Assembly: GCA_032118555.1 (NCBI GenBank)
Contig: JAULXO010000004.1
Location: 36,019-100,018, forward strand
From: Hylemonella sp.
GTDB taxonomy: Bacteria; Pseudomonadota; Gammaproteobacteria; Burkholderiales; Burkholderiaceae_C
Direction of reading: 5' to 3'
DNA length: 64,000 nucleotides
Shown here one piece after another: positions 21,915-30,423 of this stretch. Positions within the stretch are counted from its first letter, which is position 1. Each line of letters starts with the position of its first letter. Position numbers and translations under genes: made by a program. The notes beneath the pieces are model-generated. The model made no database searches and was not told the DNA's origin. It was given only the letters and a program-made list of their open reading frames with translations.

Positions 21915-22582
21915 GCGGCGACCTTTTGCAAACCCTGAAAGCCGGGGTGGCCGAACTTGGGTTGGACCTGGGCGAAGCGCAAATCCAGAAGTTGCTGGAC
22001 TATCTGGCCCTGATCCAGAAATGGAACAAGGTCTACAACCTGACGGCCGTGCGGGATCCGGCCGAAATGCTGACCCACCACCTGCTCGACAGTCTGGCCG
22101 TCATCCGGCCCTTGCGGCAGCAGCTGCAGGGCAGGGCGCCCATGGACGGTCAAGGTTCCCGCCTGCTGGACGTCGGTTCCGGCGCCGGCCTGCCGGGCGT
22201 GGTGATTGCCATCTGCTGCCCGGACGTGGCCGTGACCTGCGTGGACACCGTGGCCAAGAAGGCCACCTTCATCCAGCAGGCGGCTATTGCCCTGAAGCTG
22301 CCCAACCTCAAGGGCCTGCACGCCCGGGTGGAAAACCTGGTGGATCGCTTTGATGTGGTCAGCTCCCGCGCCTTCTCCTCGCTGCCGGATTTCGTCACCT
22401 GGTCGCGCGAGGCGCTGGCCCCGGCCGGCGTTTGGCTGGCCATGAAGGGCAAGCACCCGACGGACGAACTCGCAGCCCTGCCCGGTGGGGTGGAGGTGTT
22501 TCACGTGGAACAGCTTTCGGTGCCGGGGTTGGGGGCGGAACGGTGCATTGTCTGGATGAAGCCTTCTTCGGCTTCGGTTTGA
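21911..22582 (+). CDS. rsmG: 16S rRNA m7G527 methyltransferase RsmG (GidB)
   Basis: [36 protein letters not shown]. Confidence 0.97.
   Translation: MSGDLLQTLKAGVAELGLDLGEAQIQKLLDYLALIQKWNKVYNLTAVRDPAEMLTHHLLDSLAVIRPLRQQLQGRAPMDGQGSRLLDVGSGAGLPGVVIAICCPDVAVTCVDTVAKKATFIQQAAIALKLPNLKGLHARVENLVDRFDVVSSRAFSSLPDFVTWSREALAPAGVWLAMKGKHPTDELAALPGGVEVFHVEQLSVPGLGAERCIVWMKPSSASV
22497..22512. promoter_or_regulatory. parS site within rsmG (TGTTTCACGTGGAACA)
   Basis: 15/16 match to the consensus. Confidence 0.92.
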
Positions 22583-22624
22583 CTTTCTGCTTTTGAGGCG
22601 TCTGGCTGCGCCGGCACCTCGCTT

Positions 22625-23046
22625 CCCCCCCCCTATCCCCCCAGCCCCCTTCCCACCCCCGCCGGGGCGGGAAGGGGGAGCCCGATTTGACCTTTGGCGT
22701 TCTGGTCAGGCTTCTACGGCGGCAAGGTCGCAACTGGTGTTTGGACACCCAGATTTCTGAGAGGCGGTCGTAGTGAATGGCTCTGGGTCGGCGCGTCTCA
22801 AGCTGGCGGCTACGCGCCAGTGGCGAGACAAGAACCCGATGACTCGAACGCGGCAGGTTGGCACAACCGCCGCCGGCGACGGACTACATCGCCGCCATTG
22901 ACTACGACCGCCTGCGGGAAATCTTGCCCAGCAATGGTGGTCGCAACGCTGGCCCCGTAGAAGCCTGGTCGGCGCAAAGTGACAAAATCTAGGCCCCCTT
23001 CTCTACCCCGGCGGGGGTAGAGAAGGGCGGGGGGATGAGTGGGGGG
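22625..23046. mobile_element. Long imperfect inverted-repeat element (REPIN/MITE-like, non-autonomous)
   Basis: Arms 22625-22781 and 22894-23046 are largely reverse-complementary, and each outer end carries its own hairpin. The inverted repeat is seen directly; mobility is inferred. Confidence 0.7.
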
Positions 23047-23086
23047 CTACAACAGCGCCGCTGGCAAAAGCCCATTGCCGAAGAGT

Positions 23087-23102
23087 TGTTCCACGTGAAA
23101 CA
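23087..23102. promoter_or_regulatory. Intergenic parS site (TGTTCCACGTGAAACA)
   Basis: 15/16 match to the consensus; upstream of a TAAACT -10-like hexamer and lysE-parA. Confidence 0.92.
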
Positions 23103-23166
23103 CCACCATCCCGGCCGCCGCAAAAACCTAACGTAAACTCCCCCTTCCCCTCCCCAGGAAAAATCC

Positions 23167-23781
23167 ATGTTTGGCGTTGCCGATTACGGTGCCTTTGTCG
23201 TCACCATCATCATCTTTTTGCTGATTCCCGGCCCGGGCAATCTGGCGCTGATCACCTCCACCGGCAAGGGCGGGGTGCGGGGCGGGCTGGCCGCTACCTT
23301 GGGGGTGATCCTGGGTGACCAGGTGCTGATGTGGGCCGCGGTGGCCGGTGTGGCCGCGCTGCTGCTGGCCTACCCGGCGGCCTTCAATGCCGTGCAATGG
23401 CTGGGTGCCGGCTACCTGGCCTGGCTGGGTGCCAAGATGCTGCTGGCCAAACCGGGTGCGGCACCGGTGCTCAACATCACCGCCGGCCATTACCTGCGCC
23501 AGGCCATGATGATCACCCTGCTCAACCCCAAGGCCATCGTGTTCTACATGGCCTTCTTCCCGCTCTTCGTCGACCCGGCCCGCCACCAGGGCCTGCTGAC
23601 CTTCGGTTTCATGGCCGTGACCATTGCCGCGTTGACCTTTCTCTACGGCCTGGTCGTGACCTTGCTGGCGCACTACCTGGCCGGCCATCTGCGCGCCAAC
23701 CCGCTCATCGGCCGCGTACTGGAAAAACTGGCCGGCCTGTGCCTGGTCGGTTTCGGCCTGCGGCTTGCTTTCACTAAATAA
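23167..23781 (+). CDS. LysE/RhtB-family translocator
   Basis: IPGPGN, GAGYLAWLG, LLNPKAIVFY. Confidence 0.92.
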   Translation: MFGVADYGAFVVTIIIFLLIPGPGNLALITSTGKGGVRGGLAATLGVILGDQVLMWAAVAGVAALLLAYPAAFNAVQWLGAGYLAWLGAKMLLAKPGAAPVLNITAGHYLRQAMMITLLNPKAIVFYMAFFPLFVDPARHQGLLTFGFMAVTIAALTFLYGLVVTLLAHYLAGHLRANPLIGRVLEKLAGLCLVGFGLRLAFTK

Positions 23782-23807
23782 AAGACTTTCACCACACGGG
23801 ACACCAC

Positions 23808-24593
23808 ATGGCCAAGATTTTCTGCATTGCCAACCAGAAGGGCGGCGTCGGCAAGACCACCACCACGGTCAACCTCGCCGCCGGCCTGGCCAAGATCGGC
23901 CAGCGCGTGCTGATGGTCGATCTGGACCCGCAGGGCAATGCCACCATGGGCTCGGGCGTGGACAAGCGCCAGCTCAAGCTCAGCGTCTACGACGTGCTGC
24001 TGGAATCGGCCTCCATCCCGGAGGCGCGCGCCCAGAGCGACAAGCTGGCCGAGGGCGGCTGCAGCTACGACGTGCTGGGCGCCAACCGCGAACTGGCCGG
24101 CGCCGAGGTGGAGCTGGTGGAAGTGGAACGGCGCGAAAAACGCCTGAAGCAGGCGTTGGCCGAGGTGGACAGCGAATACGACTTCGTGCTGATCGATTGC
24201 CCGCCGTCGCTTTCCATGCTCACGCTCAACGGCCTGTGCAGCGCGCACGGCGTCATTGTGCCCATGCAGTGCGAGTACTTTGCGCTCGAAGGCCTGACCG
24301 ATCTGGTCAACACCATCAAGCAGGTGCACGCCAACCTCAACAAGGACCTGCAGATCATCGGCCTGCTGCGCGTCATGTTCGACCCGCGCATCACCCTGCA
24401 ACAGCAGGTGAGCGACCAGCTCAAGGCCCACTTCGGCGACAAGGTGTTCAACACCGTCATCCCGCGCAACGTGCGGCTGGCCGAGGCGCCGAGCTACGGC
24501 GTGCCGGGTGTGGTGTTCGACCCGTCGTCCAAGGGCGCGCAGGCCTTCATCAGCTTTGCCGAGGAAATGGTGGAGCGCATCAAGGCCATGTGA
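23808..24593 (+). CDS. parA: Chromosome partitioning ATPase ParA
   Basis: NQKGGVGKTTT, DLDPQGNAT, DCPPSL, QCEYFALEG, IPRNVRLAEAPSYG. Confidence 0.97.
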   Translation: MAKIFCIANQKGGVGKTTTTVNLAAGLAKIGQRVLMVDLDPQGNATMGSGVDKRQLKLSVYDVLLESASIPEARAQSDKLAEGGCSYDVLGANRELAGAEVELVEVERREKRLKQALAEVDSEYDFVLIDCPPSLSMLTLNGLCSAHGVIVPMQCEYFALEGLTDLVNTIKQVHANLNKDLQIIGLLRVMFDPRITLQQQVSDQLKAHFGDKVFNTVIPRNVRLAEAPSYGVPGVVFDPSSKGAQAFISFAEEMVERIKAM

Positions 24594-24601
24594 GCTGAGG
24601 G

Positions 24602-24658
24602 TCAAATCGACCTTCAGCCCCCGTCCATAAAGCGCCACTAGCTATCAAAACAATAGCA
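24602..24658 (+). repeat. Repeat family B, copy 3; ends 1 nt before the hydrolase ATG
   Basis: TCAAATCGACCTTCAGCCCCCGTCCATAAAGCGCCACTAGCTATCAAAACAATAGCA. Confidence 0.72.
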
Positions 24659-24659
24659 A

Positions 24660-25202
24660 ATGCAGCCCGCCCACGTCCTCATCCTGCCCGGCTGGCAGAA
24701 CTCCGGCCCGGCCCACTGGCAGAGCCGGTGGGAGGCTGCGCACGGCTACACCCGCGTGCAGCAGCACGACTGGGAGCGCCCGCTGCGTGGCGACTGGCTG
24801 ATGCAGCTGGAAGAGGCCGTGCTGCGCTGTGACGCGCCGGCCGTGCTGGTGGCGCACAGCCTGGGCTGCATCCAGGTGGCGGCTTGGGCGGCACACTCGC
24901 AGAATACGGCCCGTGTTAAAGCGGCGCTGCTGGTGGCGCCGGGCGATGTGGAACGCGACGACATGCGGCCGCTGCTGCCCAGCTGGTCGCCCATCGTGCG
25001 CCAGCGCCTGCCGTTTGCCAGCGTGCTGGTGGCCAGCCGCAACGACCCGTATTGCAGTTATGAGAAAGCCGAAGCGCTGGCGCGCGACTGGGGTGCCGCG
25101 CTGGTGGACCTCGGCAACGCCGGCCACATCAATGGCGACTCGGGGCTGGGTGACTGGCCGCAGGGCCAGACGCTGCTGCGCCGGCTGCAAGATCTGAATT
25201 GA
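24660..25202 (+). CDS. RBBP9/YdeN-family alpha/beta hydrolase
   Basis: PGWQNSGPAHWQ, VAHSLG, SRNDPY, GHIN. Confidence 0.93.
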   Translation: MQPAHVLILPGWQNSGPAHWQSRWEAAHGYTRVQQHDWERPLRGDWLMQLEEAVLRCDAPAVLVAHSLGCIQVAAWAAHSQNTARVKAALLVAPGDVERDDMRPLLPSWSPIVRQRLPFASVLVASRNDPYCSYEKAEALARDWGAALVDLGNAGHINGDSGLGDWPQGQTLLRRLQDLN

Positions 25203-25222
25203 ACGAGAAAAAGAGGACCGTC

Positions 25223-26149
25223 ATGGTGACCAAAAAACCCAAAGGCCTGGGCCGTGGACTCGAAGCCCTGCTGGGCCCCAAAGTAGACGAAGCGGCTGAA
25301 GCCGCCGCTGCCGCCGCCGGCGCCAACCCGGGCCAGCCGGCCTCGCTGCTGCTGAGCGACATGGTGCCCGGCATGTACCAGCCGCGCACCCGCATGGACG
25401 AAGGCGCTCTCTACGAACTGGCCGAGTCCATCAAGGCGCAGGGCATCATGCAGCCCATCCTCGTGCGCAAGATCAGCGACGGGCCGAACGCCGGCAAGTA
25501 CGAAATCATTGCCGGTGAACGCCGCTTCCGCGCCTCCAAGCTGGCCGGGCTGGACAGCGTGCCCGTGCTGGTGCGCGACGTGCCCAACGAGGCCGCCGCC
25601 GCCATGGCGCTGATCGAGAACATCCAGCGTGAAGACCTCAACCCGTTGGAAGAGGCCCAGGGCCTGCAGCGCCTGATCCGTGAGTTCGGGCTCACCCACG
25701 AGCAGGCCGCCCAGGCCGTGGGTCGCTCGCGCAGCGCAGCCAGCAACCTGCTGCGCCTCCTGAACCTGGCCGAGCCGGTGCAGACCATGCTCATGGCCGG
25801 CGACCTCGACATGGGCCACGCCCGCGCCCTGTTGGCGCTGGACCGTGCCACCCAGATCACCGCCGCCAACCAGATCAGCGCCAAGAAGATGTCGGTGCGC
25901 GAGGCCGAAAACCTGGTCAAGAAGCTCGGCGCCGAATTTGCGCTCACGCCGCAAAAGCCCAAGAAAGAAAAGTCGCGCGACCTCAAACGGGTGGAAGAAG
26001 AACTGTCGGACCTGCTCACCGCCGAGGTCGAGGTGCGCGTCAAGAAGCGCGTCAAGCGCCATGGCCGCATCGAGGAAATGGGCGAACTCAGCATCCAGTT
26101 CGGCTCGCTCGACGAACTCAACGGGCTGATCGACCGCCTGCGCGGATGA
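25223..26149 (+). CDS. parB: Chromosome partitioning protein ParB
   Basis: KGLGRGLEALL, YQPR, IIAGERRFRA, ENIQREDLNPLEEA, HTH. Confidence 0.97.
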   Translation: MVTKKPKGLGRGLEALLGPKVDEAAEAAAAAAGANPGQPASLLLSDMVPGMYQPRTRMDEGALYELAESIKAQGIMQPILVRKISDGPNAGKYEIIAGERRFRASKLAGLDSVPVLVRDVPNEAAAAMALIENIQREDLNPLEEAQGLQRLIREFGLTHEQAAQAVGRSRSAASNLLRLLNLAEPVQTMLMAGDLDMGHARALLALDRATQITAANQISAKKMSVREAENLVKKLGAEFALTPQKPKKEKSRDLKRVEEELSDLLTAEVEVRVKKRVKRHGRIEEMGELSIQFGSLDELNGLIDRLRG

Positions 26150-26156
26150 CATGAAA

Positions 26157-26235
26157 CACCCCCGAGGTGCCTGCGGCCCCTCCCCCTCAAGGGGGCGCCA
26201 CCAGCAGCCCGGCAAAGCCGGTTCTGCGGTGGCCC
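26157..26235 (+). repeat. Repeat family A, copy 2
   Basis: CACCCCCGAGG...CCCCCTCAAGGGGG...CCCGGCAAAGCCGGTTCTGCGG; starts ~8 nt after the parB stop. Confidence 0.8.
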
Positions 26236-26264
26236 GCGCTAGTCGTTGACCGAGCAGGGCACCA

Positions 26265-26993
26265 ATGCTTCCTAAATTGCCTTGGCCCTTGCCGGCACTG
26301 CTGGCCTGGGCCTTGGCGTGGCTGCTGTTCCTGGCGGGCCTGCGCGCCGGCCTGCAGGTGGTGTACGCGCTCACCCTGGCTTCGGGCGCCGGCGTGCTGC
26401 TCAGCTTGCTGGGCGCCACCTGGTGGCGCCGCCTCATCATTGGCCTGGGCTTTCCGCTTTCGGCCGCGCTGGCCGTGGGCCTGGCGCTGCCCGCCTGGGG
26501 CTGGCTGCTGCCGCTGGCCCTGCTGGCCCTGATCTACCCGCTCAACGCCTGGCGCGACGCGCCGCTTTTTCCCACGCCGCCGGACGCGCTCAACGAGCTG
26601 CCGACCGTCGCCCCGCTGGAACCGGGCGCCAAAGTGCTCGACGCCGGCTGCGGCCTCGGCCATGGCTTGGCGGCGCTGAGGCAGGCCTACCCGCTGGCCG
26701 ACCTTTACGGCCTGGAATGGAGCCGCCCCTTGGCCTGGCTGTGCGCGCGCCGCTGCCCTTGGGCGCAAGTGTTGCGCGGCGACATCTGGCAGGCCGACTG
26801 GTCAGGCTACGACCTGGTCTACCTGTTTCAACGCCCTGAGAGCATGCCGCGCGCCATCGAGAAGGCGAGGGCGGAGCTCAAGCCGGGCGCCTATCTTGTG
26901 AGCCTGGAGTTCGAGGCCGTGGGCCTGACGCCGCTGGCCAAGCTGGAGGGGGCGCAGGGGAAGCCGGTGTGGGTGTACAGAGTGCCGATTTAG
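26265..26993 (+). CDS. Membrane-anchored class I SAM-dependent methyltransferase
   Basis: Hydrophobic N-terminal half, APLFPTP, VLDAGCGLG. Confidence 0.85.
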   Translation: MLPKLPWPLPALLAWALAWLLFLAGLRAGLQVVYALTLASGAGVLLSLLGATWWRRLIIGLGFPLSAALAVGLALPAWGWLLPLALLALIYPLNAWRDAPLFPTPPDALNELPTVAPLEPGAKVLDAGCGLGHGLAALRQAYPLADLYGLEWSRPLAWLCARRCPWAQVLRGDIWQADWSGYDLVYLFQRPESMPRAIEKARAELKPGAYLVSLEFEAVGLTPLAKLEGAQGKPVWVYRVPI

Positions 26994-27005
26994 ATAGGCG
27001 CCGGC

Positions 27006-27680
27006 ATGACCAAATTCCAGATTCAACTGCGAAGGCGAAACATCCCAGAGGAAGATCTGCTTCAGGATCTCAGACGGGTAGCAATGGAGTTGTCAAAAGA
27101 GACCGTGACAGCCTCTGAATATGCGGCAAAAGGTCAATTCGGCGTCAACACATTTCTAAGACGCTTCAAGCAATGGAATCTTGCGCTTCAAGCCGCAGAA
27201 CTTGCAGCTCCAAATCGTCAGCACATACCTGACGTCGAACTGTTTGAGAATATTGCTGACGTGTGGACCCGCTTGGGGAGACAACCTGTTGGGCGCGAAT
27301 TGGAGAAATCCGAAGGGCTTTCCAAGTTTTCTCTCGGAACGTACGAAAGCCGGTTTGGATCCTGGAACAAGGCTCTTCTTGCGTTCGCCGAATTCATTAG
27401 CGCAGAGAGAACGACGAAACCTGCAATGGCGGCAAATCGAGAGATGCGCCCAAAAAAGAGGTCGGACCGAAAAATCAACTGGCGACTACGGGCACAGGTC
27501 CTAATCCGCGACAACTGCATCTGTCAGATGTGTGGCGCGAGCCCGGCGAAAGATCCGACGGTCGTCTTACACGCCGACCATATTAAGCCGTGGTCAAAAG
27601 GCGGCGAGACAGTTATCGAGAACCTACGAACGCTATGTCTAAAGTGCAATGTCGGCAAAAGCGACATGCACGATGACTAA
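27006..27680 (+). CDS. HNH endonuclease with two N-terminal homing-endonuclease-associated-type repeats
   Basis: CQMCG...HADHIKPWSKGG....NLRTLCLKCN; repeats RRFKQWNLAL and SRFGSWNKAL; GC visibly lower than the flanks. Confidence 0.9.
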   Translation: MTKFQIQLRRRNIPEEDLLQDLRRVAMELSKETVTASEYAAKGQFGVNTFLRRFKQWNLALQAAELAAPNRQHIPDVELFENIADVWTRLGRQPVGRELEKSEGLSKFSLGTYESRFGSWNKALLAFAEFISAERTTKPAMAANREMRPKKRSDRKINWRLRAQVLIRDNCICQMCGASPAKDPTVVLHADHIKPWSKGGETVIENLRTLCLKCNVGKSDMHDD

Positions 27681-27716
27681 GTCGTGCACCACAGGATAAC
27701 GGAAAGGGTCAGTCGA

Positions 27717-28556
27717 GTGTCGGTGCCGCACCTGCTCCTGCTAGTCAGTCTGGCCCTTCTGGCTTTCGCCGGAAATTCCCTCCTGTGCCGCGCCGCACTG
27801 GCCCACACGTCCATCGACGCCGCCAGCTTCACCACCATCCGTTTGATCTCCGGCGCGCTCGTGCTGTGGGCGCTGGTGCAATTCACACGCCGCGCAGCAA
27901 CCGGCCGTGGCAGCTGGCCCTCCGCCTTCGCGCTGTTCGCCTATGCGGCCGCGTTCTCCTTTGCCTACCTCACGTTGCCCACCGGCACTGGCGCGCTCTT
28001 GCTCTTTGGCGCGGTGCAAGCCAGCATGATCGGTTGGGGCTTCTTCAAAGGCGAGCGTTTTGCCGCGCTGCAGTGGCTCGGCCTGGGGTTGGCGCTGGCG
28101 GGGCTGGTGGGTTTGCTGTTGCCGGGCCTGTCGGCACCGCCGCTGGGCGGCGCGCTGCTGATGATCGCCGCCGGTGTCGCCTGGGGCGTGTACTCCTTGC
28201 GCGGCAAAGGGGCCGGTGACCCGCTGCGCGTGACAGCGGGCAACTTCGTGCGCACGGTGCCGCTGGCCGTGGCGCTCTCGCTGCTGACGCTGACCGGTGC
28301 GCAGCTGGATGCCGCAGGTGTGGCCTATGCCGTCGCCTCGGGTGCCATCACCTCGGGCCTGGGTTACGCCATCTGGTACGCCGTGTTGCCGCAGCTGAAG
28401 GCCACCACGGCAGCCACGCTGCAGCTCAGCGTGCCGGTGATCGCGGCGCTCGGCGGCATCGTCTGGCTGGGTGAGCCGCTCACGCTGCGCCTGCTGCTGG
28501 CCTCGGCTGCCATCCTGGGCGGTGTTGCCCTGGTGATTCGCCAGCGGGCACAATGA
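27717..28556 (+). CDS. DMT/EamA-family transporter
   Basis: AFAGNSLLCRAAL, about 10 TM segments, QLSVPVIAA; start uncertain (27684 possible). Confidence 0.88.
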   Translation: MSVPHLLLLVSLALLAFAGNSLLCRAALAHTSIDAASFTTIRLISGALVLWALVQFTRRAATGRGSWPSAFALFAYAAAFSFAYLTLPTGTGALLLFGAVQASMIGWGFFKGERFAALQWLGLGLALAGLVGLLLPGLSAPPLGGALLMIAAGVAWGVYSLRGKGAGDPLRVTAGNFVRTVPLAVALSLLTLTGAQLDAAGVAYAVASGAITSGLGYAIWYAVLPQLKATTAATLQLSVPVIAALGGIVWLGEPLTLRLLLASAAILGGVALVIRQRAQ

Positions 28557-28597
28557 CGGCGTACACACCTGCTTGCCGAGCCGAGAGATACGCCTTC

Positions 28598-29116
28598 ATG
28601 AAACTGCCGAGCCGTCCCCTTGCCCAGATCGCAGCGGTGCTGACTACCAGCCTGCTGGCTGCCTGCGGCACACCCAGCGTGCACCAGCATGAGAAGTTCA
28701 CCCAGCAGAGCCCGCACTACCGCGAGTACCCGCAGAGCGAGAGCGTGACCTGCGACGCGGCGCGACGCACGCTGCTGAGCCAGGGTTACCGCATCGAGAC
28801 GGCGTTCGAGCTCAATGTGCGCGCCCACAAGGATTTCCAGCCGGAGGACGATGTGAACGTGGTGATCGATTTCGACGTCACCTGCATAGCCAATGCCAAC
28901 GGCCGCGGCTCCACGGTCTACGTCAATGCAGAAGAGTCCACCTACAACCTGAAGAAGATCTCCGGCGCCGCCAGTCTGAGTGTGCCCGGCGGTGGCATCG
29001 CCATGCCCTGGGGCAAGACCAACGACCAGCTGGTCAAGGTGGCCGGCAAGACGATTGCCGACGAGGGGTTCTACAAGCGCTTCTTCGACCTGCTGGCCAC
29101 GCAGGTGGGCAAGTAG
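28598..29116 (+). CDS. Lipoprotein, DUF2242-like
   Basis: Lipobox LLAAC, CDAARRTLLSQGY, FYKRFFDLL. Confidence 0.75.
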   Translation: MKLPSRPLAQIAAVLTTSLLAACGTPSVHQHEKFTQQSPHYREYPQSESVTCDAARRTLLSQGYRIETAFELNVRAHKDFQPEDDVNVVIDFDVTCIANANGRGSTVYVNAEESTYNLKKISGAASLSVPGGGIAMPWGKTNDQLVKVAGKTIADEGFYKRFFDLLATQVGK

Positions 29117-29179
29117 CCGCCGGGGTCGGAGCGCGGCGCGCGCTTGTGCGCTGTGTCCCGGTCCGCGCCGTTATTGCAC

Positions 29180-29773
29180 ATGAACCACAGCATCGCTTTC
29201 TTCGACCGCCAGTTCAGCCAGGGCGCCACGCCGGATGCGCTGGCCCTCAACCCGTTTGAACAACTCGCCTTGCCGCATCTGCAAGGCGAGCTGCTGGACT
29301 TCGGCTGCGGCATGGGCAACCTGGCGTTTGCGGCGGCAGCGCGCGGTTGCCGTGTGACAGCGCTCGACGCCAGTGCGGCGGCCGTGGCCCACATCCAGCA
29401 GCGTGCCGCCCGCGAGGCGGTGCCGGTGCAGGCGGCGCAGGCCGATCTGCGCGCCTACGAGATCAGCGCCGACTACGATGCCGTGGTGTCCATCGGCTTG
29501 CTGATGTTCTTCGACTGCGCCACGGAGCGGCGCGTGCTGGCCGAGCTGCAGCGCCACGTGCGCCCCGGCGGCATCGCCGCAGTCAACGTGTTGGTCGAAG
29601 GCACCACCTACATGGCCATGTTCGAGCCGCAGGCGCATTGCCTGTTTCCAGCGGATGAGTTGCCACAACGTTTTGCCGGCTGGGAGTTGCTGCACCACGA
29701 GCTGAGCACCTTCGAGGCGCCGGGCCAAACGGTCAAACGCTTCTGCACCGTGGTGGCGCGCAAGCCGCGCTGA
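29180..29773 (+). CDS. Class I SAM-dependent methyltransferase (TehB-like)
   Basis: LLDFGCGMG, VTALDAS, YDAVVSIGLLMF, VRPGG. Confidence 0.85.
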   Translation: MNHSIAFFDRQFSQGATPDALALNPFEQLALPHLQGELLDFGCGMGNLAFAAAARGCRVTALDASAAAVAHIQQRAAREAVPVQAAQADLRAYEISADYDAVVSIGLLMFFDCATERRVLAELQRHVRPGGIAAVNVLVEGTTYMAMFEPQAHCLFPADELPQRFAGWELLHHELSTFEAPGQTVKRFCTVVARKPR

Positions 29774-29789
29774 TCAACCACCCGCAGGC

Positions 29790-29935
29790 ACCGGCCTCGT
29801 CGCGCAGGAAGTCCGGCTTGTGGTTGAGTTCCATGGTAATCCGGCACTCCCTCGGGCTGGCCGGGTCGATCAGGTAGCCGATGTGGCATCGGTGGTGATG
29901 CCCGGACAGCACCTTGTCATAGTAGTAGGATATCG
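29790..29935 (-). pseudogene. Decayed copy of the 3' part of the FAD-linked oxidase gene
   Basis: HIGYLIDPASPRECRITMELNHK aligns with HVGYLIDPESPKEREIAEELNHK (29816-29886 vs 30603-30673). Confidence 0.8.
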
Positions 29936-29996
29936 AAACCGGTGCTCTGGACCCTCCAAAGGTCCGGCAAGCCATATATCGGGAGGATGGCAAGCA

Positions 29997-30401
29997 GTGA
30001 CCAAAGGTGTGCGTCAGAAGCAGGATGGCTGGCCGTTCACGGTGCAGATACGCAAGGACGGCGGTCCGTTGCCGGCCTGGGCGCAACGCGGCTTGAAGAC
30101 CAGCAACGCGCTGGACCTCGATGCCGGTGTATTCCAGTGGGACGATCCGCGCGCGATTGCGCAGTCACTCAAGGACGCTGCCGACAGAAGTGAGCGCCGC
30201 AAGGCCCCGGCATTTCAGTCGGCCATGTCGATGCTGACCTTCCACATCAATCGCGCGGGCGGCCAGTTGCCGGCCGGGCGTCGCGCGGTGCTGCAAGCGG
30301 CCAAGGACGAGTTGCGCGAGTTATACGGGCGAGTCCGTCACGAAGCGCCGCACCCGCCGCCGGGGCTGGTGGAGCGCCGGGCGCCCAGCATTCTTTCCTG
30401 A
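29997..30401 (+). CDS. DUF3175-like protein
   Basis: TSNALDLDAGVF.WDDP..IA.SLK..A..S.RRKA.AFQSAMSMLTF.INRAG; GTG start inferred after GGGAGG. Confidence 0.75.
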   Translation: MTKGVRQKQDGWPFTVQIRKDGGPLPAWAQRGLKTSNALDLDAGVFQWDDPRAIAQSLKDAADRSERRKAPAFQSAMSMLTFHINRAGGQLPAGRRAVLQAAKDELRELYGRVRHEAPHPPPGLVERRAPSILS

Positions 30402-30423
30402 GGGCGCGACGCAGGATCTGCGC

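Noticed and set aside
22694-22960. 88-aa ORF inside the inverted-repeat element
   Set aside because: No RBS or recognisable motif; better explained as a by-product of the palindromic DNA.
26265-27680. Restriction-modification pair (methyltransferase + HNH)
   Set aside because: The methyltransferase is membrane-anchored, has host-like GC and lacks DPPY/NPPY or PC catalytic motifs of DNA methylases.
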